Positions 29,128 to 41,884 of a DNA stretch of 64,000 nt are shown here, in pieces. Origin of the DNA: Octopus vulgaris (lineage: Eukaryota); contig OX597816.1 of the NCBI GenBank assembly GCA_951406725.2, forward strand, positions 152,706,001-152,770,000, written 5' to 3'. The notes below the pieces were generated by a model, which was not told where the DNA came from, ran no database searches, and was given only the letters and a program-made list of their open reading frames with translations. A program made the position numbers and the translations under genes. Numbering within the stretch: position 1 is the first letter of the stretch; each line of letters begins with the position of its first letter.

Positions 29128-29406
29128 TTGTATATATATTACCCAAAGGAATAAAATTCCAATAATTAAAGCTTTTTATTGGACAATATATATACATTCT
29201 TCCCTTTTATTCTTTTACTTATTTCAGACCACCGCCTTTAGTCGAACAAATCGAACTCAGTACTTCTTCTTTGTAAGCCTAGTACTTATTCTATCGGTGT
29301 CTTTGGCCGAACTGCTAATGTTACGGGGATGTAAACACACCAGCATCGGTTGTCAAGCGATGGTAGGGGGAACAAACTCAGACATACAAGCACATACATA
29401 CATACA

Positions 29407-29440
<34 letters not shown>

Positions 29441-29446
29441 CATACA

Positions 29447-29480
<34 letters not shown>

Positions 29481-29574
29481 ATATATGTATATATATATAT
29501 ATACACATATATATATATGTATATATATATATATACATATGTATATATATATATATACATATATATATACAATA

Positions 29575-29618
<44 letters not shown>

Positions 29619-29645
29619 CATATATATATATATGTGTGTGTGTGT

Positions 29646-29875
29646 GGAGGGGCGTTGCTTAGTGGTTAGGCTGTCAGCATCATGATCGTGAGATTGTGGT
29701 TTCGATTCCTGGACCGGGCGATGCGTTGTGTTCTTGAGCAAAACACTTCATTTCACTTTGCTCCAGTCCACTCAGCTGGCAAAAACGAGTAACGCTGCGA
29801 TGAAATGGGAAACAAATACGTCATTGAAACTGGGAAACTGGGCCCATAAGCCTGGCTAGGCTTTAAAAGGGCGCA
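29646..29875 (+). mobile_element. tRNA-derived SINE (CORE/V-like body)
   Basis: gcttagtggttagg..ggtttcgattcctggacc..gtgttcttgagcaaaacacttcatttcac. Related fragments at ~40600-40740 (-), 50760-50945 (+) and 54550-54665 (-). Confidence 0.7.
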
Positions 29876-29888
29876 TTTTTATTTATTA

Positions 29889-29919
<31 letters not shown>

Positions 29920-31654
29920 GCATACACACACACATATATATACACACACGACTCGCTTCCGCATAGTTTTCGTTAACCAGATTCCCTTACAAAGCATTGG
30001 TTGGGGGCTATAACAAAAGTAGCTCAAAATGCCACGCAGTTGAACTGAACCCGAAACCTAGGCGAGCTTCTTAACGACATAGTCATGCCTGCGCCTTCAC
30101 AGGAATACATGCTATTACCAACACAAATATATCTGTACTCGATAGTTCGACTTGCTGGAAATAGCAGCCGAATCTCCTTCAAATCACTCCTAGAAGAGAA
30201 TCCATTAAATAATTTAGACCTATATTGCTTAAAAAGAGGAGACGGTCATGGATGGAATGCCATTGATCGTAGGTCTGCTTCATCAAAGTTGATTTGTTCT
30301 CAACATAAATACCATCTCCAAAAAAACTACCACCACCACCACCACCACCACCACCACGAGTACTAAAACTACCTCCTTCGTCACCATCCACAACAACCCT
30401 GCTATAACAACAATCACCATCACCACGACAATTAACACTACCAGCATCAACATTTAACACCACCACCACCACCACCACATCAATTATCACTTACGCCACT
30501 ACCTTGATTCAGTCCCACCATTTCCATCTCAACTATGCTGTACCGTAAGAAGTTTTCATCATTAATTGATTACATTTCTGACCGGACATAACTATATTGA
30601 TTGATCTGAGCCTGTGTGTGATATGTGAGTGTGTGTATGCGTATGCTTAATGGGCGTATATGTTGTTGTTGTTGTTGTTATGGTGGTGGTGGTGGTGGTG
30701 GTAGATGAGGCATTAGGGGTATCAATAATGGTGTTATTTGTGGGGTTGTAGTTAGAGTTAGTATTTCTGATGTTGCTGTCGATGTTGATATTATTGATAA
30801 TGTTATTGGCCCTATTGCCGTTGATGTTATTTCTGCTGCTTTTGTTATTATTGTGGTTGTTGCTATTTTAGTTATTGCTGCTACTACTAATAGTAGTGAT
30901 AGCGATGATGATGATGATGGTATTATTGCAGTTGTTGTTGTAGCTATTACAATTTTATTGTTGTTGTTCTTGCTCTCTTGTTGCTCTTGTTATTTATGAT
31001 GATGTGTGATTGTTCAAGCAAATCTAAATAGTCAAGCTAACGTTTATAATCGGCTCATAGGTTTTGTACACCGGATATGACGTATATTACTCTGTATAGG
31101 GACCAAGCTGCATCGTCTGCCTTGTGGGTTTTATGGAAATCTACATACACGACATCGATTTGGTTACCAGACACCATTTTCATTGACTACTGTTGTTTAG
31201 CAACAACTTGGCATTGACTGAACAGAGCTATGATCAAAGATAGTTCCAACTGAAACCATAACGTCTTGTATTCGGACAAAACATATCTATTTACAGTTAG
31301 TACCGTTCTACGCTCTTATATACACTATAAATGATATCCATATCGCTATTTTAATATAATGCGTATATTCGCTTAATTTTGGTTTTGACAGCTTTTGCCC
31401 AAATCAGTGACTGCTTTTTTTCTGTATTGGAACGACTATTTTCGACTTACTGAGGGGACCAAGTGAAGTTGAAACACCGAAAAACCATGTCTGGCGATCC
31501 GATGATATTCTGAGTGAGTTCTGAGTTTTAGCACGCAAATCTCTTAAGACAAGTTCTCAGAAATAAATTATCGCAGCTAACACCGTTCAACGTTTGTATA
31601 TGCACAACACATGCTGTGCACATCGTTATTTAATCTAAGGGCTGATTTAAGTGC

Positions 31655-31706
<52 letters not shown>

Positions 31707-32971
31707 GCGAGAGCCAAGTTACGGGGACGTAAACATACCAAGACCGGTCGTGAATCAGTGATGGGGAAATAAACACAGATACAAAGACACACACACACGC
31801 ACATTTATATATATTGGAAGGGGATTCTTTCAGTTTCCGTCTATCAAATCCACTCACAAGACTTTGGTTGACCCAAGGTTAAAGTAGAAGGCACTTGTCC
31901 AAGGGACTGAACCCAGAATCATGTGGTTTGGAAAGCACGCTTTTACCACATTTGGTACAAATTGATTGGAATTGGAATGCGGTTATCTCTGGGGAATTGT
32001 AGGAAGAGGGCTATAGGGAATTCATGGGAGCCACGTGTTGCTGCAGCTGTAGTTACAGTTGTTGTTGTTGTTTATGCTGCACTAGTAATCTTGCCACAAT
32101 GGCCGCAGCTCACAGCTCATCTCTCTCTCTCTTGCTCACTCTGCCTCCCTACAAACAGTTCCTTCTCTCTCACTTTCAGTTGAAACAACGTCTGTCATAC
32201 TCTTTCTCTCCCCACCTTCTCTCACCATCCTGATTATTTCCTTTCTCCTAAAACTCACAGACCCCAGCCCAAGCGTCAGCACCCATCGTCTATCGACCAA
32301 AACGCCCAAGACCCATCACTCATCACCTGCTACCGAACAGATTCAATTGCAACCACACGCTACCTTTTACTCCCAACTCATACCAATCCAACCAAGAATG
32401 AATGCTAATAAATAAATGAATGAATAAATAAAAATAAACAACAAAAGTGACTTATAAAACAACAAAAAAGTACAAAGCTAAAAAAAAATGACACTTCCAT
32501 TTAGATTTAGACTATAACTTTGGTTTCATTCGCTTCCTTTGTGTGTTCGTTCGTATGTGCATAAGCTTGTCTGTGTGCACGCACGATTGCGTATGTATAT
32601 ATGCATATATGCCATATTCTTGTCTGTATGTCTGTCTACACTCGTGCATGAGTCTATTTATATGTATGTATATGTGTGTGCTTATGTATATATATATATA
32701 TATATATATGTATAAATATGGATGTGTGTGCAAGCATCAGTGTTTGTGTGTGTGTGTGTTCGTGCGCATACAAGTTTATGCTTGTGTATATATGCATGCG
32801 TGTATATGTATCTGAACATTTGAGTTCGTGCGCATGCGCACAAGGGTGGGTGTGAGCGCTCATGTATACATGTGTACATACATTTACGTGCGTTCGCATG
32901 TGTGTATGCAACCGTGTTGCATTCTTTCTTTCCTTTCTTTGCTGCTTTCCCTCTTTCTTTCTTTCTTTCCT

Positions 32972-33006
<35 letters not shown>

Positions 33007-33682
33007 CTCTGTCTCTTTCTCTGTCTCTCTCTCTTGTGTCCCACACCCTCTCTCTCCTCTCCCTCTCTCTCCTCTCCCTCCCTCTCTCTCATCCCCTCTC
33101 TCTCCTCTCCCTCTCTCTCTCTACCTCACTCTTCCTTCCTTTTACACTTGCCTTTGTTTTATAACATTCTCTCTGCCTCTTGTTTTCTCATTTTCGTTCA
33201 TTTTTTAGAAATATATATTCTCTTTTGCATTCTCCTCTTTTCCTTAAAGTGTACACCTATTCCCTTCTTTCTTTCTTTCTTTCTTTCTTTTGTTCCTTCT
33301 TTCTTCCTTTTATTCCTCATATTGTTAATATATTCTTTCAATTTTTCTTTTCTATTTACCTTTATATATTTTCATGTACTTTCTTCCTTTATCACTTTGT
33401 TATTTTACCTCTTAAAATTTACCCTACATTCAAATAATAGTAGTAGTAATATTTTTACTCCCTTGACTATCTCTATTTCACTCTCCTCCGCTTTTTCCCT
33501 TCTCTTTTTTTTCTATCCTTTCGTTATCTGTTTCTTCTTTCTAATGTAACAACAAATATATTTTTACACATGCGCGTGCACACACGCTCTCACACAAATA
33601 TATGCATATATATATATATATACGCATATATATATGTATATATATGTATGCGTGTATATATGTATAAATAGATATGTATATG

Positions 33683-33755
<73 letters not shown>

Positions 33756-34447
33756 ATGTGTGTGTACTTGTGTGTGTGTGTGCGTGTGTGTGCGCGTGTG
33801 TACACGCACACACACACACATATATATGTAAATACATGCATATGTATAAATATAAATATATATATGTATTTATATATCTATATACATTTATATCTATATT
33901 TATACACACACATACATACACACACAAACACACACACATATATATATGCACATACACGCACATCTTTTGCATCGTAATGTTCCACTTTCTTTTCCTTCTT
34001 TCTTTTACATTTTTCTTTCCCTCTTCTTTTCTTTCATTCTATTTTTTATTTTTTATTTTTCTTTCCTTTCTCTTTTCTTTTCATTCTCTCGCTATAATGT
34101 ATTGCCATATACCAACCCACCCTCCGTCTTCTTTTTTACTGTTTTTCTCACTATCTGCCTGCCTGCCTGCCTCACTGTCTGTCTGTCTGTCTCTCTCTCT
34201 CTTACTCTCTCTCTCTCCCTCTCTCTCCCTCTCTTTCTCTGTACTCCCCTTCCAATTTCCACCTCTCTGCTTTTCTCTCCCTTGCCTCTGTCTCTGTCTA
34301 TTACAACATCAATACAATAAGAAAACATTATCCCGCTCAATAATGAATATGAATGCAAAATATGCATTATAGATTGCAGCACTGCTTAGAAAGGTAGAAA
34401 ATATGCTTTAGATGAATACAACAATGAATAAACCATATAAAGTGAGC

Positions 34448-34485
<38 letters not shown>

Positions 34486-34685
34486 GTATGTATGTATGTA
34501 TATATATATATGTATATATGTATGTATGCTTGCATGCAGAAATACGTGTACATATATGAATATATATATATATATATATATGCACACACACACACGAAGG
34601 GGAGAGAAAGGGAGATAAATCTTGAGAGACTCAGTAATTCCGGTGAGCAAAAAAGATGGAGAGAGAGGGCAGAGAGGGAGAGAGG

Positions 34686-34719
<34 letters not shown>

Positions 34720-35115
34720 AAAAGAGAAAGAGAGAGAGAGAGTCAATTATTTTCTAAGCTTGAAATCTATTATATTATCACATTATATGCACATCAATGA
34801 AAACTCCCCTCGCCTTGCACTGCGACCACCATTATTACGTCTGCCATTACAACCATTCATATTAGTACTACTGCTATTTTCAACTAAAAAAAAATGCAGT
34901 AATACTAACCACAGTATAATTTATTGCTATATGTATAAATAGTATGAAATGTATAAAGGTGTTAGATGATCATTAAACTGAGCGCTAGATTATCGTTAAA
35001 TTGAGCGCTAGATCAGCGTTAAATACCTTAGGTAGTTTCGCTGCTTTCTGTGATTAACTCATATGAAAGGTACAGGTGTCTTAGATGTAATTTACCTATA
35101 CTAAAGGTATTTTAC

Positions 35116-35218
35116 CTGTTTCTTCTTTAACACAGCGCCATTTTGAACTGGAAAATTTGATACGAGGATCTGTAAACAGCATCAAAACCATTGTGACATG
35201 TGCGGAAGTGACACGTGA
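35116..35218 (-). promoter_or_regulatory. Candidate internal promoter and first exon (E-box + ETS + YY1 motifs followed by a splice donor)
   Basis: CACGTG 35212-35217, CGGAAGTG 35203-35210, CGCCATTTT 35136-35144 (AAAATGGCG on minus), then minus-strand CAG|GTAAAA at 35116/35115. Confidence 0.4.
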
Positions 35219-35271
35219 GAAAGAAGTACGGAAAAAAATCTGGATTGTGATTTTGTAATCATTCAGTATAC

Positions 35272-35373
35272 CTTAAAACATCTGAGAAGTTCATGAGTAT
35301 TGCTTTTATAAATCTAAGTCGCCAACATGCTTCTATAGAAGACCTTGTAGAAACCGTGTTAATATTTTCATAA
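35272..35373 (-). CDS. Candidate 102-nt exon (phase 2/2; YENINTVSTRSSIEACWRLRFIKAILMNFSDVL)
   Basis: ttcttttatatgacatctcaacag|T...TTAAG|gtatac; only the phase-2 frame is open; the donor is weak. Confidence 0.18.
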
Positions 35374-35688
35374 CTGTTGAGATGTCATATAAAAGAACGG
35401 GACTGCCATATTTATACGCTTTCTCATGTATATATTTAACGGACTAATAGCATTTCCTGGGTAAAGCGTGTTACATTTTGCACAATCAAAAGAATAAGCC
35501 ACTTCAACTCTAAAGCATTGTCACTGTTTCCACCTGAGCAGTTTGTCAGAGTACATGTTTCTCCATGATTAAAATCTGTTTTGTTGAACAGCTATATTCT
35601 TAGAGAACGTTCAGAATAAACAAGCAGTATGTTGAACCATTTTCTTTGCATTGTGAATCATATCACATTAATGATAAGATTTACTTAC

Positions 35689-35747
35689 GTGGAAGATTCT
35701 GAAGTTGCAACTATTGCTAAATCTTCATATATCAACAACGAGATCAA
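35689..35747 (-). CDS. Candidate 59-nt exon (phase 0 to 2; LISLLIYEDLAIVATSESS)
   Basis: ttcaatacag|TTG...CCAC|gtaagt; only the phase-0 frame is open, which fits the preceding candidate. Confidence 0.22.
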
Positions 35748-35860
35748 CTGTATTGAACACACACATACACAAACAAATATAGGAAAAGAACGAGGGGCTC
35801 TTTGACCATTTGCTACTTCAAGATACCTTAAGAGAAGAGCTGAATATGCAACTTGCTTAC

Positions 35861-35903
35861 CTTCTCTAAAAGTGTTATCTGTTCCCCAAACGAGATTTTA
35901 TTC
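35861..35903 (-). CDS. Candidate 43-nt exon (phase 2 to 0; NKISFGEQITLLEK)
   Basis: ctctgcag|G...GAGAAG|gtaagc; phase-compatible with the grh exon; no homology recognised. Confidence 0.25.
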
Positions 35904-35977
35904 CTGCAGAGTATATACACTGGTAAAGTAACTGCTTGAAAATGTTGATGCTTTTGAACTTATGAATTCCAATTCGA

Positions 35978-36109
<132 letters not shown>

Positions 36110-36139
36110 CTTTCTCTCTCTATATATATACATGCATAC

Positions 36140-36170
<31 letters not shown>

Positions 36171-36173
36171 CAA

Positions 36174-36236
<63 letters not shown>

Positions 36237-36256
36237 CGTGTATGTATATATATATG

Positions 36257-36360
<104 letters not shown>

Positions 36361-37180
36361 GATTTGGACATTCAAATATATGTATAAGTTCAAATTGACC
36401 ATGTCTGTAAATGTTTATTGTATCGAAATAAAGTGGGCTTTTTCTTCTGTCTTGGGAGTAAAAAAATTATGTATATTTTCTTAACGACTTTTTTGCAGTA
36501 CTCGTTGTTATTATTTTCAATGTTGTTGCCATTACTCGTGTTAATGTTTTGAAAGCGTTCCGTAGCCTTTTATATGCCATCCACCTACAGGATTTAGTTT
36601 GTTAAGGTGGGGTATGTATCTTAGATTCATGATTCGGAAAATAATATTACTAATTCAAAGTGAAATGTTTATTCTTTGCTTAAGGTGTGCACCTAATTTC
36701 TGGAGAGACAAAATAGTGTGTACAGTAGTGTTGTACAAATAACTTCATTCGTCAGACTATCTCTCTATCTATTTATACGTACATATGTCTATCTGTCTGT
36801 CATTTCTCTCTCTTTCTCTACTTTTCAATCTTATTGTCTGTCTGTCAGTTTCTCAGTCTCTTTAGTCTGTCTGCCTGTTTATCTTTTCCTCACTTTTTAT
36901 CTATTTACCTATACATTAATCACTCACTCACTCACTCACTCACTCACTCGCTCACTCACTCACTTGCTTCCTCCCTTCCTCTCCTCTCCCTCCCTTACGC
37001 ACTCACTCAATCAATCAGTCAACAGTCACGCAGTCAGTCAATTAAATTTAACTATCTATACACACACACACATATATATATATATATCTATATATACACA
37101 TATGCACGCGCACACAAACACATATACCCATATATATATATATATATATGTACGTATGTTTGTGTGCGCGTGCATATGTG

Positions 37181-37211
<31 letters not shown>

Positions 37212-37216
37212 ACGCA

Positions 37217-37298
<82 letters not shown>

Positions 37299-37859
37299 CG
37301 TTCGCATGTATGTGCATATATGTGTACATATATGCGTGTGTATGTGAGTCGATAGCAAGTGTAAATTCAGTCTTAGTCATTGTTGAGTCGTGGGAAATGT
37401 TTCCCAAAGCTTATTTCCATAATTAATCACTTCTCAGAGTGAATTGTTTTATTTCTTTATTTTATCATTTTTGTTATGCAAAGCAATCGCATTTTTATTG
37501 TGTACGTGAGTGTGCGCACGTGTGTATATTCATGTGTCTATGTGCTCATGACATGTATGTATATACATATATATGTTCGTGAGTGTGTGTTTGTGCGTGT
37601 ATGTATGCTTTTGCTTGTTCTTTTTTTGTTTTGCATTTTTCACTCACCAATTAATTCTTTCAGTGAGTCCAACATCAAATTGATATTAGAAACATTGAGG
37701 ACAAAGAAGTCCTTCTAAATTAAATAAACATTTAATACAGTTATTCCAGAAATGAATAGGTAATGTTTTGGAAATTATTTCTTTTTTTTATCCAGATTTC
37801 AACAATGCTGCAAAACAACAAACATCTTGAAATTAAATCAACAGCAGCCAACCCGGGGG

Positions 37860-38520
37860 CTTCTACTGGGCCAATACTGATGAGTAGGGACTATATAGAG
37901 CCAATATGAAAAATGGAGTCTGAACTGAGTCAACAAGCGAGCTTGCACCAAGCAAAAGTAGGAGCCTCTATCGAATCATGGGGAAAACTCTATTGAGTCA
38001 ACAAAGAATAGTCTGCTGGGCTATGAGGAAAACTATCGAACCATGAGGAAGACTTTACAGTGCCTTGAGGAAGACTGTTTGCCAACAAACATGATCATCA
38101 GTGAGCCACAAGGAAAACCCTACTGAATCGACAGGTATGACTGCAGAGCCAAAAAGTATAATTCTACCGAGCTAACAAGCATGATCTTACCAAGGTAAAA
38201 GAAAGAATATTGTAAATTATTAGGGAGACTCCTGAACCAAATAGCATGCCTCTTGCGAATCCTTAAAAAGGATCTAGTGAGCATAAAAGTATGTCTGTAT
38301 TGAGACTAGAAGCCGTTACTGAGTCAAGAGTAAGACAACTGATTCAACAAAGGAGACTCTTCTGAGCAACGAGGAATGTTTTAATGAGCCACGAAGAAGA
38401 TTCTATAGAATCAGCAAAGAAAACCTAACTGAACAACGAAGAAAACTCTGATGAGTCATGAAGAAGACACGATTGAGCCAGTTAAGCAATATCTGACTTA
38501 CCACCGACAAAGACTCTACG
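37860..38520. repeat. Decayed ~22-bp minisatellite (~30 units; consensus near CTCTACTGAGYCAACAAGGAAGA)
   Basis: Periodic units such as ctctattgagtcaacaaagaata, ccctactgaatcgacaggtatga, ttctaccgagctaacaagcatga and ctctgatgagtcatgaagaaga. Confidence 0.8.
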
Positions 38521-38865
38521 TTGTCGCTCAGTCTACAAGAATTAATAGCCAAATCTCTCTAAAAATTCCACTCTACTGTGTTTACTAATGGCCCAATCAG
38601 AGTAGGAAGCACTGTGCTCTTGGCTTTTCATTGCTCGATATTAATAGGAAGATTGGAGGGATTTAATTTCTGACTAGTGACCAAGCATGAATGCTGCAGA
38701 GTGGACTCTGCTGAAGACAGCTCAAGTCCAGGAAACAATTTTTAATTTGGGTGACGAATTAAGCTCATCATTTAAGAACAGGAACAGTTCCCCTGACTGG
38801 TTCCCACATAGTCTATTTCTAGCAAAATGCCTAAATATGTGTGTGTATATATATATGTATATATG

Positions 38866-38919
<54 letters not shown>

Positions 38920-39240
38920 CTAAAAAGGAAGGCAGTATGGTCATGGCTCGGACGCCTATGATGTCTAATTGATGATCGAACAGGGGACTAAATAAAGGTA
39001 ACAAGTACGACAGCAATCAAATCCGTTTAACATAGATCAACATCTCTGAAAATTTACAGGATTGAAAAACAACAAGAATGTTATAGAGATGCAAACAGCT
39101 GCTGGAGTCAACATAGATTATGTAATTTTTTGTATTACTGTTATTGTTTTATTTTAAACAATCTTGTAATAGATATGTGGCAAATCTCAGAAAGCATTAT
39201 TAAATCTCAGAACGAGATGTAAACAGTAATCGCTCGACAA

Positions 39241-39429
39241 TGTAAAGTATAAAAGCCATCTCAATATGGCTAACCACAAAGGGGGGTGTTACTGTAGCTT
39301 TTTAGCCCCTAAGGGCACAGAAAGTGTGTCTAAAGCCAGCTGGAGACGATGATCTCCTGGGGCTAAAAAGCTACAGTAACACCACCCCCTTTGTGGTTAG
39401 CCATATTGAGATAGCTTTTATACTTTACA
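39241..39429. repeat. Inverted repeat, ~69-bp arms, ~49-bp spacer (MITE- or foldback-like)
   Basis: tgtaaagtataaaagc.atctcaatatggctaaccacaaagggg..gttactgtagctttttagcccc and its reverse complement. Confidence 0.92.
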
Positions 39430-39898
39430 ATCTCAGAAACTTTTATGATAAATTATACTGACCCCCACTGAACACGATTTATAGTTTGGTGGAATGGTAC
39501 TGTCAGAAGTAATTATTTTGGTCATTAGAAAATGTGCAATATTTCTGATGTGATAACTATTGATTTCTGAGTTGAAAGTAAAATATAGAATTGTTTAAGC
39601 TATCCAAGAATCACAGCATATGCGTTCGCTTCGCGATTCCAATCAGAAATTGTCTTCGAATTGTGCTGACGCAGTTTTCAACCCTTCACATTTCGTAGCA
39701 CTAAAATTTCACTACATTTCTGATCTTTAGTCTCCTTGTTTTTTGAATGATTTAAGAATTAAGGGAGTGATTTGAGTAAATGCATGAAGTCATTATAATT
39801 AGGTTACATGTTACTCAAAAATATTTCATGTCTATAATGAAAACACATAGGAAATCTTTTTTTGTGTATATCATACACAGTTGAAAGTAGAATCTTAC

Positions 39899-40177
39899 CT
39901 GTTGACATCGCATAACGAAAACAGCTTCTCCTTTATATCATCGCCATAATTTGTTGAAAAGTTCATGTATTCATGTTGCAGTGCCGCTCTCAGAGCCTGT
40001 GTGTCATCACCGTTGATGGCTGATGTAGCAGCCGTTAAGGGGTGTCCAAAGAAAGCCTTTTTGTCGTCAGGTGGGCCATCTTCAGGGTTGGCCAATAAGC
40101 CAGCATCCGGATCTTCTTTTAACTTATTTTCTTGTCCGCTGCAATCTTGCCCAATATCTACTCTCAGTGCTGCATCT
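39899..40177 (-). CDS. grh: Internal coding exon of a Grainyhead/GRHL-family transcription factor (N-terminal transactivation region)
   Basis: Minus-strand acceptor ttccttttattttttttttacag|A and donor AACAG|gtaaga bound a 279-nt open exon (phase 2/2). The translation DDKKAFFGHPLTAATSAINGDDTQALRAALQHEYMNF resembles, from memory, the vertebrate GRHL1/2 motif [37 protein letters not shown]. No CP2 DNA-binding-domain exon was recognised in the window. Confidence 0.85.
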
Positions 40178-40291
40178 CTGTAAAAAAAAAATAAAAGGAA
40201 TTGTATACATTTGTGCATGTGAGCGCATAGGTGAGTGTGTGTGTGCGTATAAGTGTACACATGAAACAAAACAGGCAATCAACATGTTCTA

Positions 40292-40410
40292 TGGAATTTA
40301 ACTTTATTGATACTAACTGTTTTGACTTAAGATCGCATTTAACTCTCACAAAACAGTTTTTCACACTCCTGTGAAACATTAAATAATGTGATTCTGATTC
40401 GATTAAATAC
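40292..40410. repeat. Direct repeat pair 2, copy A (119 bp, identical to 41766-41884)
   Basis: Base-by-base identical, tggaatttaac..gattaaatac. Confidence 0.97.
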
Positions 40411-41765
40411 ATACATAAACAAGATAGAAATAATAACTCATAGCCGTCACTCTCAAGCAAGTATAACTTAGTAGCATGCGCTATGCTTTTACAAATTGCT
40501 TTCGGGGTTTATGGAATCACGAACAGACATAGACACCCTTTCGTGACCCAGTGGGATATCAGAGGTGTGATAACAAGTAGGAGAGTGGGCTGCATCAGCA
40601 CTTAGCTGGTGCTCAATTTTTTAATGAGAAACTGATGTTAAGTGAAATGAAGTGCTTTGCTCAAGGACATAAAATCCAGGAATCGAACCCATGAACTTAT
40701 GTTGGTGAGTCTAATGCTCTAACCACTATGCCACTTGCCTTCAGACACACTTATACACACACCCGCGCACACCACAAACATACACACACACGCGCACACA
40801 CATATACTCACACAACAACGCTCACACACACACTCACACACACATTGACAGATGATTGTTATGTGTCACAAAGGGTGTCATATGAGATGCTATCCTCGAC
40901 TTTTCTCAAGTATGATAATAAGTGTGTACACTTTTCTCACAGTCTTTCTATCTGTAATTTTCCATAGCCACGCCATTAATTATGCTAGACTTTTATAATT
41001 ATTCTTTTAAAGGTGTCGAACTAGCAGGACCTTTAACACGCTGGACAAAATGCTTAGCAGCATTTAGTCCGTTTTTAAATTCAAATTCCGCCGACTCGAT
41101 TTTGCTTTTCATCCTTTCGAGATCGATAAATTACGTACCAGTCAACGAGTAACTTCCAGGCCATATACCTATTGTACAAAGGATTATTGTTAACTTTATA
41201 TATCTGTAATTTGCCTGAGACTTTTTTTACTTTAACGGCTTATTTAACATGAGGTCACGACATAAATCCAATTATGGAATCTTAATCTATTTTATCTTTC
41301 CTGTTTAAGAATTTTAAGACCTATATTCCTTCTGAAAAGAATTTAGAAAGTCTTTTTGAAAACTTTTTATTTTGGATTGAGAGCTGCTGCTAGTTGAAAT
41401 GATGCGCTATCATTGATATAAAATTGTGGCCAAGGCACTTAATTTTCAAACGGCCAAGTCTATCTAAATGGGAGACACACATGAGTAAACATCCTATGCT
41501 ATGAAGTGTATCAGGTACCGAGTACAGCTTTCCACAAAGAATGGGGGAACTGTACAAATGGGGAAATTGACAAATATTTCGGTAGCATGTCCACTTGAGC
41601 TAAAATTTGTCAATGAGAGACTCTTGACCTATATAAATCTATAAAGACGAAGTCTTCAAGTCGAATTCCTACAATTTAAAAGGTTATGGAGACATGTATA
41701 TAGTTCATAAAATCACTTTATTGAATAACTGCCGAGCCGGTTACATAATTTGTAAAGCGGAAATT

Positions 41766-41884
41766 TGGAATTTAACTTTATTGATACTAACTGTTTTGAC
41801 TTAAGATCGCATTTAACTCTCACAAAACAGTTTTTCACACTCCTGTGAAACATTAAATAATGTGATTCTGATTCGATTAAATAC
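41766..41884. repeat. Direct repeat pair 2, copy B
   Basis: Identical to 40292-40410. Confidence 0.97.

Noticed and set aside
34970-35025. 23-bp tandem duplication (ttaaa.tgagcgctagat..cg), and similar short duplications at 25420-25505 and 53088-53135
   Set aside because: Ordinary local slippage duplications with no further structure.
37860-38520. CRISPR-like array or repetitive coding exon
   Set aside because: No constant repeat with unique spacers and no cas genes; the period is not a stable multiple of 3 and no ORF is listed there.
39899-39935. KLFSLCDVNR as the start of an EF-hand (RASEF/CRACR2-like)
   Set aside because: The longer PLTAAT..INGD..EY match to GRHL explains the exon better, and no EF-hand continuation exon was found.
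41415-41445. YKIVAKAL, resembling a LINE RT motif
   Set aside because: Eight-residue match only, with no flanking RT similarity.
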